Source of the DNA: an uncultured Bacteroidota bacterium
GTDB lineage: Bacteria > Bacteroidota > Bacteroidia > Bacteroidales > SZUA-534
Reading direction: 5' to 3'
DNA: 64,000 nucleotides
NCBI GenBank assembly: GCA_946414435.1
Contig: CAMKOM010000003.1
Span: forward strand, 68,086 to 132,085
Shown here: positions 53,776 through 64,000 of the stretch, piece by piece
How positions within the stretch are numbered: position 1 is the first letter of the stretch
Layout of the letters: each line of letters begins with the position of its first letter
Made by a program: the position numbers and the translations under genes
Notes under the pieces: generated by a model
Database searches by the model: none
What the model was told of the DNA's origin: nothing
The model's input: the letters and a program-made list of their open reading frames with translations, nothing else

Positions 53776-55734
53776 ATGAGACAAATTTTAGACAGTTTGG
53801 CTAACAACGGTTTCGCGGTTGCCGACTACGCTGTGTTCATCGTCTACATTTTGATTCTTGTGGGCTGCGGCGTGTTCATCCCGAAATGGATGGCCAAAAA
53901 GAAAGGTGCCAACGGCGCCGAAAACTCAAAGGACTACTTCCTTGCAGGTAACTCATTGACTTGGTGGGCGGTAGGTGCTTCGCTGATTGCAGCCAACATC
54001 TCGGCTGAACAGTTCATCGGAATGTCGGGCTCGGCTTACGCATCGGGCATCGCCATTGCGGCTTATGAACTGATGGCCGCCGCAACTCTGCTTGTTGTGG
54101 CCAAATTCCTTCTGCCTGTGATGATTAAAAAGAACATCTTCACCATCCCGCAGTTCTTGAGCGACCGCTACAACTGGGGCGTTGGTCTGGCGTTCTCGTC
54201 GTTCTGGCTGTTCCTTTATGTGTTCATCAACCTGACATCGGTGGCTTGGCTTGGCGCTTTGGCAATCAAACAGATTCTCGGTCTGCCGACAATCATCGGA
54301 ATGTTCGGAATGGATATGACGCTGGTGGGTATCATCCTGATTCTCTACCTGATAGCAGGCGCCTATTCAATCTACGGCGGTCTGGCTTCAGTTGCCTGGA
54401 CCGACGTTATGCAGGTTACCTTCCTGGTTGGTGGCGGCCTTATCACGGCTTACTTCACACTCGATTTCATTGCACCTCTTCTGGGTGCCGACGGCGCAGT
54501 TTCGGCTCTTGGCGCGGTTATGGACAAACTTGGAACCATCGAAGGCGACAAGCACTTCAACCTTGTGGTTGACCGCAACAGCGCACTTTATCCGAACATC
54601 ACCGACGACCCGTACTTCACACTGCCTGGTCTGGCTCTGATTATTGGCGCGCTCTGGCTGACTAACATCGGCTACTGGGGCTTCAACCAATACATCATTC
54701 AGAAAGGTCTGGCAGCAAAGAGTCTCGACGAAGCAAAGAAGGGCCTTTTGTTCGCCGCTTTCCTGAAGATTTTGATACCGTTCATCGTCTGCATTCCTGG
54801 TGTTTGCGCATTCCTTATCTGGCAACATCCCGACTTGCTGAGCGGCTCAATCGACCTGCACGGAACCATCGAACGCTCTGACGACGCTTATCCGTTCCTT
54901 ATCCGCAACTTCACGCCTGTTGTTGTGAAAGGTCTGTCGTTTGCCGCATTGACCGCCGCTGTCATCTCGTCGCTGGCTTCAATGTTCAACTCAACATCGA
55001 CCATCTTCACAATGGACGTTTACAAGAAGTTCATCAACAAGGAAGCATCGGAACGCAAACTCGTAAGCGTTGGCCGTATCACTTCAATCGTGGCTCTGCT
55101 GCTGGCTTTGGTGGCTGTTTACCCGATTATGGGCGGTGCCGACCAAGCGTTCCAAATCATTCAGGAATACTCTGGATTCGTTTATCCTGGCGTAGTTGTA
55201 ATCTTCGGACTTGGCCTGCTGTGGAAACGTTCGTCGGGTCCTGCCGCTGTTGTGGCAGCCATCGGCACGTTCTTCTTCAGCATCCTGTTCAAGTTCATTA
55301 TGCCTGAAACGCCGTTCCTGCTTCGTATGGGCTACGTGTTTATGGTTTTGGTTGTTCTGTTCATCGGAATTTCGATTTTCTGCAACAAGAAGAACGAAGT
55401 TGCCGCTGCCGAAATGGACGGTCAGACTGTCGAAATGCAGCGCACCTGGTCGAACATTCTGCTCGGTGTTGGTGCTATCTGCCTGATACTCGGCATTGTA
55501 CAGTTGATTGCTAAAATTGAATTCCTGCAGATTTACGGCTTCGAAGCCATCTTCTTCCTTGCCGCAATGCTGCTCACGCTGGGCTTCTACCTGCGTTCGA
55601 ACGCCAACGACTCGGTTCAGGACCACAAGGCTGTTGGTACCGACCTTGAACTGTTCCACACCGACAAGGTGTTCAACATTGGCGCTCTGGCAGTTATAGC
55701 AATTTTGGCTGTTCTCTACATTGCTTTGTGGTAG
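53776..55734 (+). CDS. Sodium:solute symporter (SSF/SGLT-like)
   Basis: It has about 14 hydrophobic segments. The sequence DYFLAGNSLTWWAVGASLIAANISAEQFIGMSG is typical of the SSF family. Confidence 0.9.
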   Translation: MRQILDSLANNGFAVADYAVFIVYILILVGCGVFIPKWMAKKKGANGAENSKDYFLAGNSLTWWAVGASLIAANISAEQFIGMSGSAYASGIAIAAYELMAAATLLVVAKFLLPVMIKKNIFTIPQFLSDRYNWGVGLAFSSFWLFLYVFINLTSVAWLGALAIKQILGLPTIIGMFGMDMTLVGIILILYLIAGAYSIYGGLASVAWTDVMQVTFLVGGGLITAYFTLDFIAPLLGADGAVSALGAVMDKLGTIEGDKHFNLVVDRNSALYPNITDDPYFTLPGLALIIGALWLTNIGYWGFNQYIIQKGLAAKSLDEAKKGLLFAAFLKILIPFIVCIPGVCAFLIWQHPDLLSGSIDLHGTIERSDDAYPFLIRNFTPVVVKGLSFAALTAAVISSLASMFNSTSTIFTMDVYKKFINKEASERKLVSVGRITSIVALLLALVAVYPIMGGADQAFQIIQEYSGFVYPGVVVIFGLGLLWKRSSGPAAVVAAIGTFFFSILFKFIMPETPFLLRMGYVFMVLVVLFIGISIFCNKKNEVAAAEMDGQTVEMQRTWSNILLGVGAICLILGIVQLIAKIEFLQIYGFEAIFFLAAMLLTLGFYLRSNANDSVQDHKAVGTDLELFHTDKVFNIGALAVIAILAVLYIALW

Positions 55735-55764
55735 AATTGGCCCGACTTATTGTTGAATAATAGT

Positions 55765-55810
55765 GACTGCTGTTTTCGATGTCGCAATGTCGGGAACAGC
55801 AGTCTTTTTT
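55765..55810 (+). terminator. Rho-independent terminator
   Basis: A 10-bp stem GACTGCTGTT/AACAGCAGTC is followed by T6. Confidence 0.8.
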
Positions 55811-55839
55811 AAGTGGAATATACTTTTTGCAAGATGTTA

Positions 55840-55943
55840 AGGATGAGAAAGTTAGAACAGTTTAAAGGTTTAGAAAGTTGAGAAGGTTGAGAGAGTTGAG
55901 TTGTTTAGAAAACTAAACAGCGAAGCCCCCGATAGTTATCGGG
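55840..55943. repeat. Periodic GTTAGAA/GTTGAGA word block plus near-palindrome CCCGATAGTTATCGGG
   Basis: The block reads AGGATGAGAAAGTTAGAACAGTTTAAAGGTTTAGAAAGTTGAGAAGGTTGAGAGAGTTGAGTTGTTTAGAAAAC. The near-palindrome at 55928-55943 recurs as the perfect CCCGATAGCTATCGGG at 61508-61523, in the inverted flank context. Confidence 0.75.
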
Positions 55944-56020
55944 ATAAACTTCTTAACTCTAACCCTTTTAAACATCGAATCGCTCAACCTTAAAATCTTG
56001 CATAACAAAAAAATGACGAT

Positions 56021-56725
56021 ATGTTAGAAGAATTAAAAGAAAAAGTGTTCAAGGCCAATCTCGACCTTGTGAAACAGGGACTCGTGATTTTCACCTGGGG
56101 CAACGTTTCGGGCATCGACCGCGAAAAAGGCCTTGTGGTTATCAAGCCTTCGGGCGTGTCGTACGATGAAATGAAGGCTTCAGATATGGTGGTTGTCGAT
56201 TTGCAGAGCGGCAAGGTTGTCGAAGGCGACTTGAATCCGTCGAGCGACACCCCAACGCATCTGGCTCTGTACAAGGCTTTCCCGAACATCAAGGGTGTTG
56301 TGCACACACACTCAACCTATGCTACAGCGTTTGCGCAGGCTGGCCGCGACATTCCGAATATCGGCACCACTCACGCCGACTATTTCTACAAGGACATTCC
56401 CTGCACCCGCGATATGACAAAGGCCGAAGTTGAAGGTCAGTATGAGTTGGAAACAGGCAATGTGATTGTTGACGAGTTCTTGAATATCAGAAAGATAAAT
56501 CCCGACCACACGCCTGGCGTTCTGGTCAAGAACCACGGTCCGTTCTCGTGGGGCACATCGCCCGACAACGCCGTTTACAACGCAAAAGTTATGGAACAGT
56601 GTGCTAAAATGGCGTTTGTAGCGTTCTCGGTGAATCCCGAACTTACTATGAATCCTTATTTGATTGAAAAGCATTACCAAAGGAAACACGGACCAAACGC
56701 TTACTACGGACAGAAAAAACATTAA
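56021..56725 (+). CDS. araD: L-ribulose-5-phosphate 4-epimerase
   Basis: The sequences [27 protein letters not shown] and [14 protein letters not shown] are present. Confidence 0.95.
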   Translation: MLEELKEKVFKANLDLVKQGLVIFTWGNVSGIDREKGLVVIKPSGVSYDEMKASDMVVVDLQSGKVVEGDLNPSSDTPTHLALYKAFPNIKGVVHTHSTYATAFAQAGRDIPNIGTTHADYFYKDIPCTRDMTKAEVEGQYELETGNVIVDEFLNIRKINPDHTPGVLVKNHGPFSWGTSPDNAVYNAKVMEQCAKMAFVAFSVNPELTMNPYLIEKHYQRKHGPNAYYGQKKH

Positions 56726-56760
56726 AATATTAGTTATAAACAATTTAAATAATCAAAGAA

Positions 56761-58296
56761 ATGACATTTGAAAATCTTGAAATCTGGTGGGTAACTGGTG
56801 CGCAGTTACTGTATGGTGGCGACGCTGTTGTTGCAGTTGACGGCCACTCGAAGGAAATGGTTGAAGGCTTGAACAAGAGCGGCAACATTCCCGTGAAAAT
56901 AGTTTATAAAGGCACGGCCAACTCTTCGAAGGAAGTTGAAGACGTGATGAAGGCCGCCAACAACGACGCAAAGTGCGCGGGCATTATCACTTGGATGCAC
57001 ACTTTCTCGCCCGCAAAAATGTGGATTAAAGGTCTGCAGGCGCTCGAGAAACCGCTGCTGCACTTCCACACACAGTACAACGCCGAAATTCCTTGGGACA
57101 AAATCGATATGGATTTTATGAATCTGAACCAATCGGCTCACGGCGACATTGAGTTCGGACATATCTGCACCCGTATGCGCGTGGCTCGCAAGGTGGTTTG
57201 CGGCTATTGGAAAGATGCGCAGGCTCAGAAGCAGATTGCCGTTTGGGCGCGCGTTGCCGCTGGCGTGGCCGACGCTCACAACGTCCGCTGCCTGATGTTC
57301 GGTATGAATATGAACAACGTTGCCGTTACCGATGGCGACCGCGTCGAGTTCGAGCAACGTCTGGGCTATCACGTTGATTACTATCCTGTTTCGTCGTTGA
57401 TGGAATACTTCAAGAAAGTAACCGACAAGGAAGCCGACGAACTTGTTGAAGAATACAAGAAACTGTATACCATTAAGATAGACGAGTCGGGCGAAAAGGT
57501 TTACTGGGAGAAGGTAAAGAACGCCGCTAAAGCCGAAATCGCTCTGCGCCGCGTGCTCAAAGACGAAGGCGCAACAGCCTTCACAACCAACTTCGACGAC
57601 CTTGGCGACGCCAATATCGACGACCCGAACTTTGTCGGCTTCGACCAAATACCTGGTCTGGCATCGCAGCGCTTGATGCAGGAAGGTATCGGCTTTGGCG
57701 CTGAAGGCGACTGGAAGACAGCCTGCCTCTGCCGCACTCTGTGGGTTATCCAACAGGGAATGCCGAAGGGCTGCTCGTTCTTGGAAGACTACACGCTGAA
57801 CTTTGCTGGCGACCGCAGTTCGTGCCTGCAGAGCCATATGCTTGAAATCTGCCCGCTTATTGCTGTCGACAAACCGAAATTGGAAGTTCATTTCCTCGGC
57901 ATCGGCATCCGCAAGCAGCAGACAGCCCGTCTGGTGTTCACATCGAAGACAGGTCGCGGCATCAAGGCCACCGTTGTCGACCTTGGCAACCGCTTCCGTC
58001 TTATCAGTCAGGAAGTTGAGTGCATCGAGCCGAAACCTATGCCCAAACTGCCTGTTGCATCGGCCTTGTGGGTTCCGCAACCGACATTCGAGATTGGCGC
58101 AGGCGCCTGGATTCTGGCTGGCGGCACGCACCACAGCGCATTCTCGTACGACATCGACGAAGAGTATTGGGAAGATTTTGCTGAAATGACTGGCATCGAG
58201 TATGTCCGCATCAACAAAAACACCAACCTCGGCGACTTCAAGCAGACACTGCGCAACAACGAAGTGTACTATATGCTGAATAAATCACTGAAATAG
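56761..58296 (+). CDS. araA: L-arabinose isomerase
   Basis: The N-terminus is LEIWWVTGAQLLYG. It is about 510 aa and sits in an ara context. Confidence 0.95.
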   Translation: MTFENLEIWWVTGAQLLYGGDAVVAVDGHSKEMVEGLNKSGNIPVKIVYKGTANSSKEVEDVMKAANNDAKCAGIITWMHTFSPAKMWIKGLQALEKPLLHFHTQYNAEIPWDKIDMDFMNLNQSAHGDIEFGHICTRMRVARKVVCGYWKDAQAQKQIAVWARVAAGVADAHNVRCLMFGMNMNNVAVTDGDRVEFEQRLGYHVDYYPVSSLMEYFKKVTDKEADELVEEYKKLYTIKIDESGEKVYWEKVKNAAKAEIALRRVLKDEGATAFTTNFDDLGDANIDDPNFVGFDQIPGLASQRLMQEGIGFGAEGDWKTACLCRTLWVIQQGMPKGCSFLEDYTLNFAGDRSSCLQSHMLEICPLIAVDKPKLEVHFLGIGIRKQQTARLVFTSKTGRGIKATVVDLGNRFRLISQEVECIEPKPMPKLPVASALWVPQPTFEIGAGAWILAGGTHHSAFSYDIDEEYWEDFAEMTGIEYVRINKNTNLGDFKQTLRNNEVYYMLNKSLK

Positions 58297-58397
58297 TTCT
58301 CTAATTGTCACCGAATTGAACGAATAAAACTAATATTTGTTCATTCGGTGATTTTTTAACGAATGCGCTAACGCGCTGACGAATCAGGCAAATAGTT

Positions 58398-58783
58398 ATG
58401 GAAAGTGTTTTGTACAAGTCCGAATCATACAACATTGTTGGGGCATTGTATGCTGTCCATAACGAACTTGGTTGCGGTTCCTCGAACCCGTTTATCAAGA
58501 AGCACTTGAAATAGAATTACGTTCGCGGGGAATACCATTTGAAAGAGAAAAGGAATTCGATGTTTTCTATAAATCGGAAAAACTCGACAAAAAATATAGG
58601 GTTGATTTTTTATGTTACAACAAGATAATCGTTGAGTTAAAAGCCGTTACAGAGATGCGTCCCGAATTTCAAGCGCAGACGCTTAATTATATGAAAATGT
58701 CGAAAACCAAACTGGGCTTGCTCGTTAATTTTGGTTTGCCAAAATTGGATATTCAACGTTTGGTTCGTTTGCAAGGTTGGTAG
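58398..58783 (+). pseudogene. GxxExxY-family (PD-(D/E)XK superfamily) gene disrupted by a 1-nt frameshift
   Basis: Frame 1 gives MESVLYKSESYNIVGALYAVHNELGCG and then stops at 58512-58514. Frame 2 continues FLEPVYQEALEIELRSRGIPFEREKEF... to 58783. Adding one T at GGTTCC (58476-58481) restores ELGCGFLEPVYQEAL, which is the family signature itself. Confidence 0.8.
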
Positions 58784-58972
58784 TTTGCCGATTCGTTCAA
58801 TTTGTCATATCCGCTTGCGGATATTCGTTAAACAGGAATAAGAATTTGTTAAAATTCGTTTAATTTGGTGATTAAAATATAAGCAATGGATATTGTAATG
58901 GATAAAGAAAATCCTAAAATGGATGATGCAGCAGTCATTCAATGGAATTTAATTACTAATAGTGAACAAAAT

Positions 58973-60565
58973 ATGGGTGCTAAAAATACAATTGAGCAAG
59001 GAAAAGCCATCTTGGGAATTGAATTTGGTTCCACAAGAATCAAAGCCGTACTGATTGACGGTGACAACAAACCTATCGCGCAGGGCTCGCACGAGTGGGA
59101 AAACCAACTCGTCGACGGTCTGTGGACATACAGCATCGACGCCATTTGGGGCGGATTGCAAGATTGCTACGCCAACCTTCGCGCCGACGTTAAGCAACAG
59201 TATGGTGTTGAGATTGAGAACCTTGCGGCCATCGGCATTAGTGCAATGATGCACGGCTATATGGCTTTCGACAGCAAACAGCAGATTCTGGTGCCGTTCC
59301 GCACTTGGCGCAACACCAATACTGGTCAGGCGGCTGCCGAACTGTCGAAGTTATTCAACTACAACATTCCGCTTCGCTGGTCGATTTCGCACCTCTATCA
59401 GTGCATTCTGAATGGCGACAAGCACGTTTCCGACATCGATTTTCTGACCACGCTGGCTGGTTACATTCACTGGCAACTCACTGGCGAGAAGGTTCTTGGC
59501 GTGGGCGATGCGTCGGGAATGATTCCTGTCGACCCGAAGACCAAAACCTACGATGCCACAATGGTTGAGAAGTTCGACAAACTGATTGCACCGAAGAAAT
59601 TGGGCTGGAAATTGCTCGACATTCTGCCGAAATCGCTCAACGCTGGCGCTGATGCCGGAAAACTCACCGTCGAAGGTGCCAAACGTCTCGATCCATCGGG
59701 ACACTTGAAGGCAGGCATTCCACTCTGCCCGCCCGAAGGCGACGCAGGAACGGGAATGGTGGCCACCAACGCCGTGAAGCAGCGCACTGGCAACGTTTCG
59801 GCTGGAACATCATCGTTCTCGATGATTGTCCTCGAAAAAGAACTCTCGAAACCTTACGAGATGATTGATATGGTGACAACCCCCGATGGCAGCCTGGTTG
59901 CAATGGTTCACTGCAACAACTGCACGAGCGACCTGAACGCTTGGGTGGGCCTGTTCCGCGAGTTTGAAGAGCTGATGGGTATGAAAGTTGATATGAACGA
60001 GCTCTTTGGCAAACTCTACAACAACGCGCTCACTGGCGATGCCGACTGCGGCGGACTGCTCTCGTACAACTACATTTCGGGTGAGCCCGTTACTGGCCTT
60101 GCCGAAGGACGACCGCTGTTTGTGCGCTCGGCAAACGACAAGTTCACACTTGCCAACTTTATGCGCGCGCACCTTTACGGCTCGGTTGGCGTGCTCAAAC
60201 TCGGCAACGACATCCTGTTCAAGCAGGAGAACGTGAAGGTTGACCGCATCACCGGTCACGGAGGTTTGTTCAAGACCAAAGGTGTGGGCCAGCGTGTGCT
60301 TGCAGCCGCTATCAACTCGCCAATCTCTGTTATGGAAACTGCTGGCGAAGGTGGTGCCTGGGGTATTGCCCTATTGGCCGCTTATGCCGTCAACAATGCT
60401 CAAAACCAAACACTTGCCGACTGGCTCGATGCAAAAGTGTTTGCAGGAAACACTGGCGTCGAGATTGCCCCGACCGCCGAAGATGTTGCAGGTTTCAACC
60501 GCTACATCGAGAACTACAAAGCGGGCTTGGCCATTGAGAAAGCCGCTGTTGAGGCGAAGAAGTGA
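58973..60565 (+). CDS. araB: FGGY-family kinase, ribulokinase by context
   Basis: The N-terminus is [16 protein letters not shown] and FGGY C-terminal motifs are present. The ATG at 58973 is preferred, and the upstream ATG at 58886 is possible. Confidence 0.9.
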   Translation: MGAKNTIEQGKAILGIEFGSTRIKAVLIDGDNKPIAQGSHEWENQLVDGLWTYSIDAIWGGLQDCYANLRADVKQQYGVEIENLAAIGISAMMHGYMAFDSKQQILVPFRTWRNTNTGQAAAELSKLFNYNIPLRWSISHLYQCILNGDKHVSDIDFLTTLAGYIHWQLTGEKVLGVGDASGMIPVDPKTKTYDATMVEKFDKLIAPKKLGWKLLDILPKSLNAGADAGKLTVEGAKRLDPSGHLKAGIPLCPPEGDAGTGMVATNAVKQRTGNVSAGTSSFSMIVLEKELSKPYEMIDMVTTPDGSLVAMVHCNNCTSDLNAWVGLFREFEELMGMKVDMNELFGKLYNNALTGDADCGGLLSYNYISGEPVTGLAEGRPLFVRSANDKFTLANFMRAHLYGSVGVLKLGNDILFKQENVKVDRITGHGGLFKTKGVGQRVLAAAINSPISVMETAGEGGAWGIALLAAYAVNNAQNQTLADWLDAKVFAGNTGVEIAPTAEDVAGFNRYIENYKAGLAIEKAAVEAKK

Positions 60566-60592
60566 TTCTGAAGAAACACTGATACAAAAAAA

Positions 60593-60622
60593 AGCAACCC
60601 CGGCTTCGGGGTTGCTTTTTTG
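60593..60622 (+). terminator. Rho-independent terminator of the ara operon
   Basis: A 10-bp stem AGCAACCCCG/CGGGGTTGCT with loop GCTT is followed by T6. Confidence 0.9.
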
Positions 60623-60642
60623 GTACAACAAACTATAATGAC

Positions 60643-60673
60643 ACAAAAAAAGCCGTCCTTTCGGGACGGCTTT
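60643..60673 (-). terminator. Rho-independent terminator of the yebC-like gene
   Basis: The stem is GCCGTCC/GGACGGC, and the minus strand continues with T8. Confidence 0.85.
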
Positions 60674-60693
60674 AGTATTATATTTGACAAGGA

Positions 60694-61404
60694 TTAGGCG
60701 ATATTTGTATAAACAGCCTGAACGTCATCGTCTTCTTCAAGCTTATCAATCAGTTTGTCGATGTCGGCAATCTGCTCTTCAGTGAACTCAACCGGATTCT
60801 GCGGGAAACGTTGCAGAGTAGCTTTCTTAATCTCGATTCCGGCTTTTTCAATGGCCTGGGTGAGATTGCCAAATTCGGTGTATTCGGCGTAAGCGTAAAC
60901 GGTGTTCTCATCAACATCGAAGCTTTCCAAACCTGCGTCAATCAGTTCAAGCTCAAGGTCTTCGAGATTGATGTCCGGCTTTTTCTCGAACTCAACCACA
61001 GCCTTGCGTGAGAACATAAACTCGAGCGAACCTGTCGGAACCAAGCCTCCGTCGTGCTTGTTGAAGTACGATTTCACATTGGCCACGGTGCGGGTTGTGT
61101 TGTCGGTCATGCACTCAACAAACACCAATACCCCGTGCGGGCCTTTGCCTTCGTAATTGACTTCGGTGTATGCGTCAACATCCTTGCCTGCAGCACGTTT
61201 GATAGCGGCATCGATGTTGTCTTTAGGCATATTCTCAGCTTTGGCATTCTGGATGGCAGTCCTCAGTTTCGGGTTCATATCCGGGTCCATTCCGCCTTCT
61301 TTTGCTGCGGCAGTTATCTGTTTTGCCAATTTCGGAAACATCCGCGACATGTGTCCCCAACGTTTCTCTTTGGCGGCTCTACGGTATTCAAACGCGCGTC
61401 CCAT
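60694..61404 (-). CDS. YebC/PmpR-family transcriptional regulator
   Basis: The N-terminus is [38 protein letters not shown]...[21 protein letters not shown]. Confidence 0.95.
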   Translation of the reverse strand: MGRAFEYRRAAKEKRWGHMSRMFPKLAKQITAAAKEGGMDPDMNPKLRTAIQNAKAENMPKDNIDAAIKRAAGKDVDAYTEVNYEGKGPHGVLVFVECMTDNTTRTVANVKSYFNKHDGGLVPTGSLEFMFSRKAVVEFEKKPDINLEDLELELIDAGLESFDVDENTVYAYAEYTEFGNLTQAIEKAGIEIKKATLQRFPQNPVEFTEEQIADIDKLIDKLEEDDDVQAVYTNIA

Positions 61405-61531
61405 ATTGTATTCTGTTTAGATTTTGTAATTTTTTTTGACGGCGCAAAAATATATTTTTTTAGAAAAAACCGCAAGACCACACGCATTCAATCCGTCATG
61501 CATCCATCCCGATAGCTATCGGGGCTTCATT

Positions 61532-62503
61532 TTATACCACAAACTGTATGATTTGCCGCACTACAACTGAATAGAGCACCCCTAACAGCATCACCACCTT
61601 CAACAATGTGCTTATGCGATGGTAATGCTTGACATCCTGCGCCGTGAGCGTAAGAACAATGGCCAAGACAAGTGGCACAATCAGGAACACGCATATATAA
61701 ATGAAGGTGAGTGACTCGTGCAGATAAAAATCATAAACGGCCAATAATGCAGCTATTGTCAAAGCAATCAGCGCGACAACAACAATCTTTGAAACTCTCA
61801 TTCCGAATGCCATTGGCAAGGTGTTGCAGCCGCAACTAGCATCGCCTTCAAGGTCTTCCATGTCCTTCACAATCTCACGTATCAAGTTGGTTATGAATGC
61901 GAAAAATGCAAATCCAACCATCCAATACATTATCGGCATGAATGACAAGCTGTTGAGCAGCATCTCATACCCATATTCGCGCGTAAGCGTAAGATACTCA
62001 AACAGCCCCACCTGAAGCGGAATGGTAGCTGTGACGATGGCCACAACCAGATTGCCAACAAGCAATTGCCGTTTGTATGTAGTTGAGTATAACCAGAATA
62101 TGCCTGCAATCATCATATAAAGCAACACTATTGAGAACAACTTTAGATGCCAGGCGAAAATGACAGCCAGCACAATGGCGGCGGCATTGAGCGCCCAATG
62201 ATAGATGATGGCGTGGCGCTGAGGAATCGATTTGCCGACAATTACGCTCTCAGGATGGTTCAGTGTGTCGATACGGCGGTCGTAATAATCGTTGATGACA
62301 TACCCCGCCGCCCCAAGCAGCACATTAATCATCACTAGAATAAGGAAATAGCCGTCCGACAACTGTAGTCGCAGCTGCGAGCCTAGTTGGATGGAAAACT
62401 GATAGTCGAGCATTGGCTGCACAATGCAGTAGCGCATCAAATACATGGTGAGCGGCACCATCAGCAGATTCGGCCATCTGATAATTGACAAATACTTTCC
62501 CAT
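61532..62503 (-). CDS. UbiA-family prenyltransferase
   Basis: The Asp-rich motif is NDYYDRRID, with multiple TM segments. Confidence 0.85.
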   Translation of the reverse strand: MGKYLSIIRWPNLLMVPLTMYLMRYCIVQPMLDYQFSIQLGSQLRLQLSDGYFLILVMINVLLGAAGYVINDYYDRRIDTLNHPESVIVGKSIPQRHAIIYHWALNAAAIVLAVIFAWHLKLFSIVLLYMMIAGIFWLYSTTYKRQLLVGNLVVAIVTATIPLQVGLFEYLTLTREYGYEMLLNSLSFMPIMYWMVGFAFFAFITNLIREIVKDMEDLEGDASCGCNTLPMAFGMRVSKIVVVALIALTIAALLAVYDFYLHESLTFIYICVFLIVPLVLAIVLTLTAQDVKHYHRISTLLKVVMLLGVLYSVVVRQIIQFVV

Positions 62504-62795
62504 TGCATATACAATTATTTAGCACAAAAATGCGATTTAAAGAATACAAATGCAAATGCTGACACTGACGCGAACGTAAACCAATTGTTATTGACACACA
62601 ATCCCGCAACGAACTAAAAATCGTCAATGACTATGCATCGATTATCCCCTGCGAATTGCCAACCATCAATTGTTAATTAAAAAAATGTTTGTGGTATGTT
62701 ATTTTTTTTACTTTTGCAATTGGAATGACAGTGTGGTTATTCTAAATGTGTTATTAAATAACCAAATAAAAATTAAACATTAAATTTTCAAAGAG

Positions 62796-64000
62796 ATGAA
62801 AAAGAGTTTTTTATTGATGGGTGCTCTTTGCGTGGGTGCCGCATTTGTATCTTGCGTTGACGATTCTGAGTCAAGCGAAGTAAAAGAGTTGCGTCAAGTT
62901 CAACTTGACACCAAAAAAGCTGATTTGGACAAACAGTATTGGAACTTCTACAACGATGCTGTTGCCAAAGTGAAAACCTACCAAGCAGATTTGAAAGATC
63001 AGCAGACTTATTTGGATGCCGCAAAAGACAACAAACTTACGCTTGAAGCCGGCAAAGCAGCTGCCGTTGCTTACCAACAGCAAGTAATTGCCCGCAACCA
63101 AAAAGACATTGAAGACTTGAATGCTGAAATTGAAGCTCAAAAATCTTTGTCAGGCAAAACATATGAAGAGATTCAAGAAGCAAAGAGAAAAGCAGCAAAC
63201 GCTAAAGAGGAAGCCAACAAAGCTGCCGCTGACTACTGGATTGACCTGACCAGCAAAGGCTACAACAAGAACTACGATGGTAATGCTGTTGCACTGGGCT
63301 CACCTGTAAGCAATAAAATTGACATGTTGCTTAAAGATTATTCTACTGGCGTTAAGTACAACAACAACAAACTTGACGAGCTTCCGTTTGTTAAGGCTAT
63401 GAATGCTATTTACAGCAATACCAAAATTTGGTATGAGTTTGAGGGCGAACAACAGAGCACTAGCGTTTATGAGTTTACTAATAGCAGTTCTGACAACTAC
63501 AAAGCAACAGAAATGTTCAAAACCAGCACATACGTGCTTGAAGATGCAAATGGCAAACAAATCACCACTTATAAAGTATATCAATTCAGCAATCGTGCAT
63601 TGAAGAAAGCTGGTTCAGAGACTTTAAGCTACACCGCCGCATTAAACGAATTCATCACCAACGATCTTTCTGACGATGCAGACAAAGCACAATACAATGC
63701 TTTGAAGGGCAAAATCGGTGAATTAACTGCAATTTTGGGCGATGAGAGCAATTACAAAGCTTACACTGATCTTATCAACGAGTATGCTGAACATGTTAAG
63801 AAGCTCTATGCTTTGAACGCTGAAGCAACTAAAGCTACTGCCATTTCAGATGCTTATGCCGCTTACACTGTAGGTAACAACGAGAATACAATTGCCGGTC
63901 TTCAGGATAAGATTAAAACTAATCTCTCCAATATTGATAATGCCAACAAGGCTATCAATGAGACTATCAACAACGGTATTACCGATGATGAGACTTTGAT
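62796..64000 (+). CDS. Hypothetical coiled-coil-rich lipoprotein (partial, runs off the window)
   Basis: It is not in the ORF track because no stop is reached. The ATG at 62796 gives MKKSFLLMGALCVGAAFVSC (lipobox). I translated it by hand to 64000 without hitting a stop. A -7 box TACTTTTG lies at 62709-62716. Confidence 0.7.
   Translation, partial: MKKSFLLMGALCVGAAFVSCVDDSESSEVKELRQVQLDTKKADLDKQYWNFYNDAVAKVKTYQADLKDQQTYLDAAKDNKLTLEAGKAAAVAYQQQVIARNQKDIEDLNAEIEAQKSLSGKTYEEIQEAKRKAANAKEEANKAAADYWIDLTSKGYNKNYDGNAVALGSPVSNKIDMLLKDYSTGVKYNNNKLDELPFVKAMNAIYSNTKIWYEFEGEQQSTSVYEFTNSSSDNYKATEMFKTSTYVLEDANGKQITTYKVYQFSNRALKKAGSETLSYTAALNEFITNDLSDDADKAQYNALKGKIGELTAILGDESNYKAYTDLINEYAEHVKKLYALNAEATKATAISDAYAAYTVGNNENTIAGLQDKIKTNLSNIDNANKAINETINNGITDDETL

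Overview
This window reads as a Bacteroidota (Bacteroidales-style) chromosomal segment. The evidence is a SusC-type TonB-linked receptor, many lipoprotein or signal-peptide starts, and TAnnTTTG -7 boxes shortly upstream of start codons. Most of it is ordinary: metY-patB, purB, an MsbA-like ABC exporter, rsmG with an ECF sigma factor, a ClC channel, tRNA-Thr(CGU), a Wza/Wzc/WecA-type polysaccharide locus, and a galM, Na+/sugar symporter, araD-araA-araB arabinose cluster. Five places deserve a second look. (1) The long 5' leader of a PstS-fold binding protein + SusC-type receptor operon carries a 24-codon ORF, MREMKRIKTMEMTKRMRMCCCCNE (6 Met, 4 consecutive Cys). That operon's promoter and operator module is paralogous to the one in front of metY-patB, so I propose an undescribed sulfur-amino-acid-responsive outer-membrane uptake system. 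(2) A visibly AT-richer islet of about 6.6 kb (4.6-11.2 kb) holds a DUF4143 ATPase, a Type II restriction-modification pair, a DUF1016 nuclease and a RhuM-family gene. Each cassette is bracketed by short repeats. (3) A LytTR two-component system carries an extra, catalytically dead kinase paralog. It sits next to a TonB-dependent receptor whose promoter has two 16-nt direct repeats at 21-bp spacing. (4) A frameshifted GxxExxY gene flanked by nested inverted repeats sits inside the ara operon. (5) The window has several families of GC hairpin repeats and odd periodic word blocks in intergenic DNA. No rRNA, CRISPR array, integrase or transposase was seen. All family assignments come from motif recognition by eye, and no searches were run.
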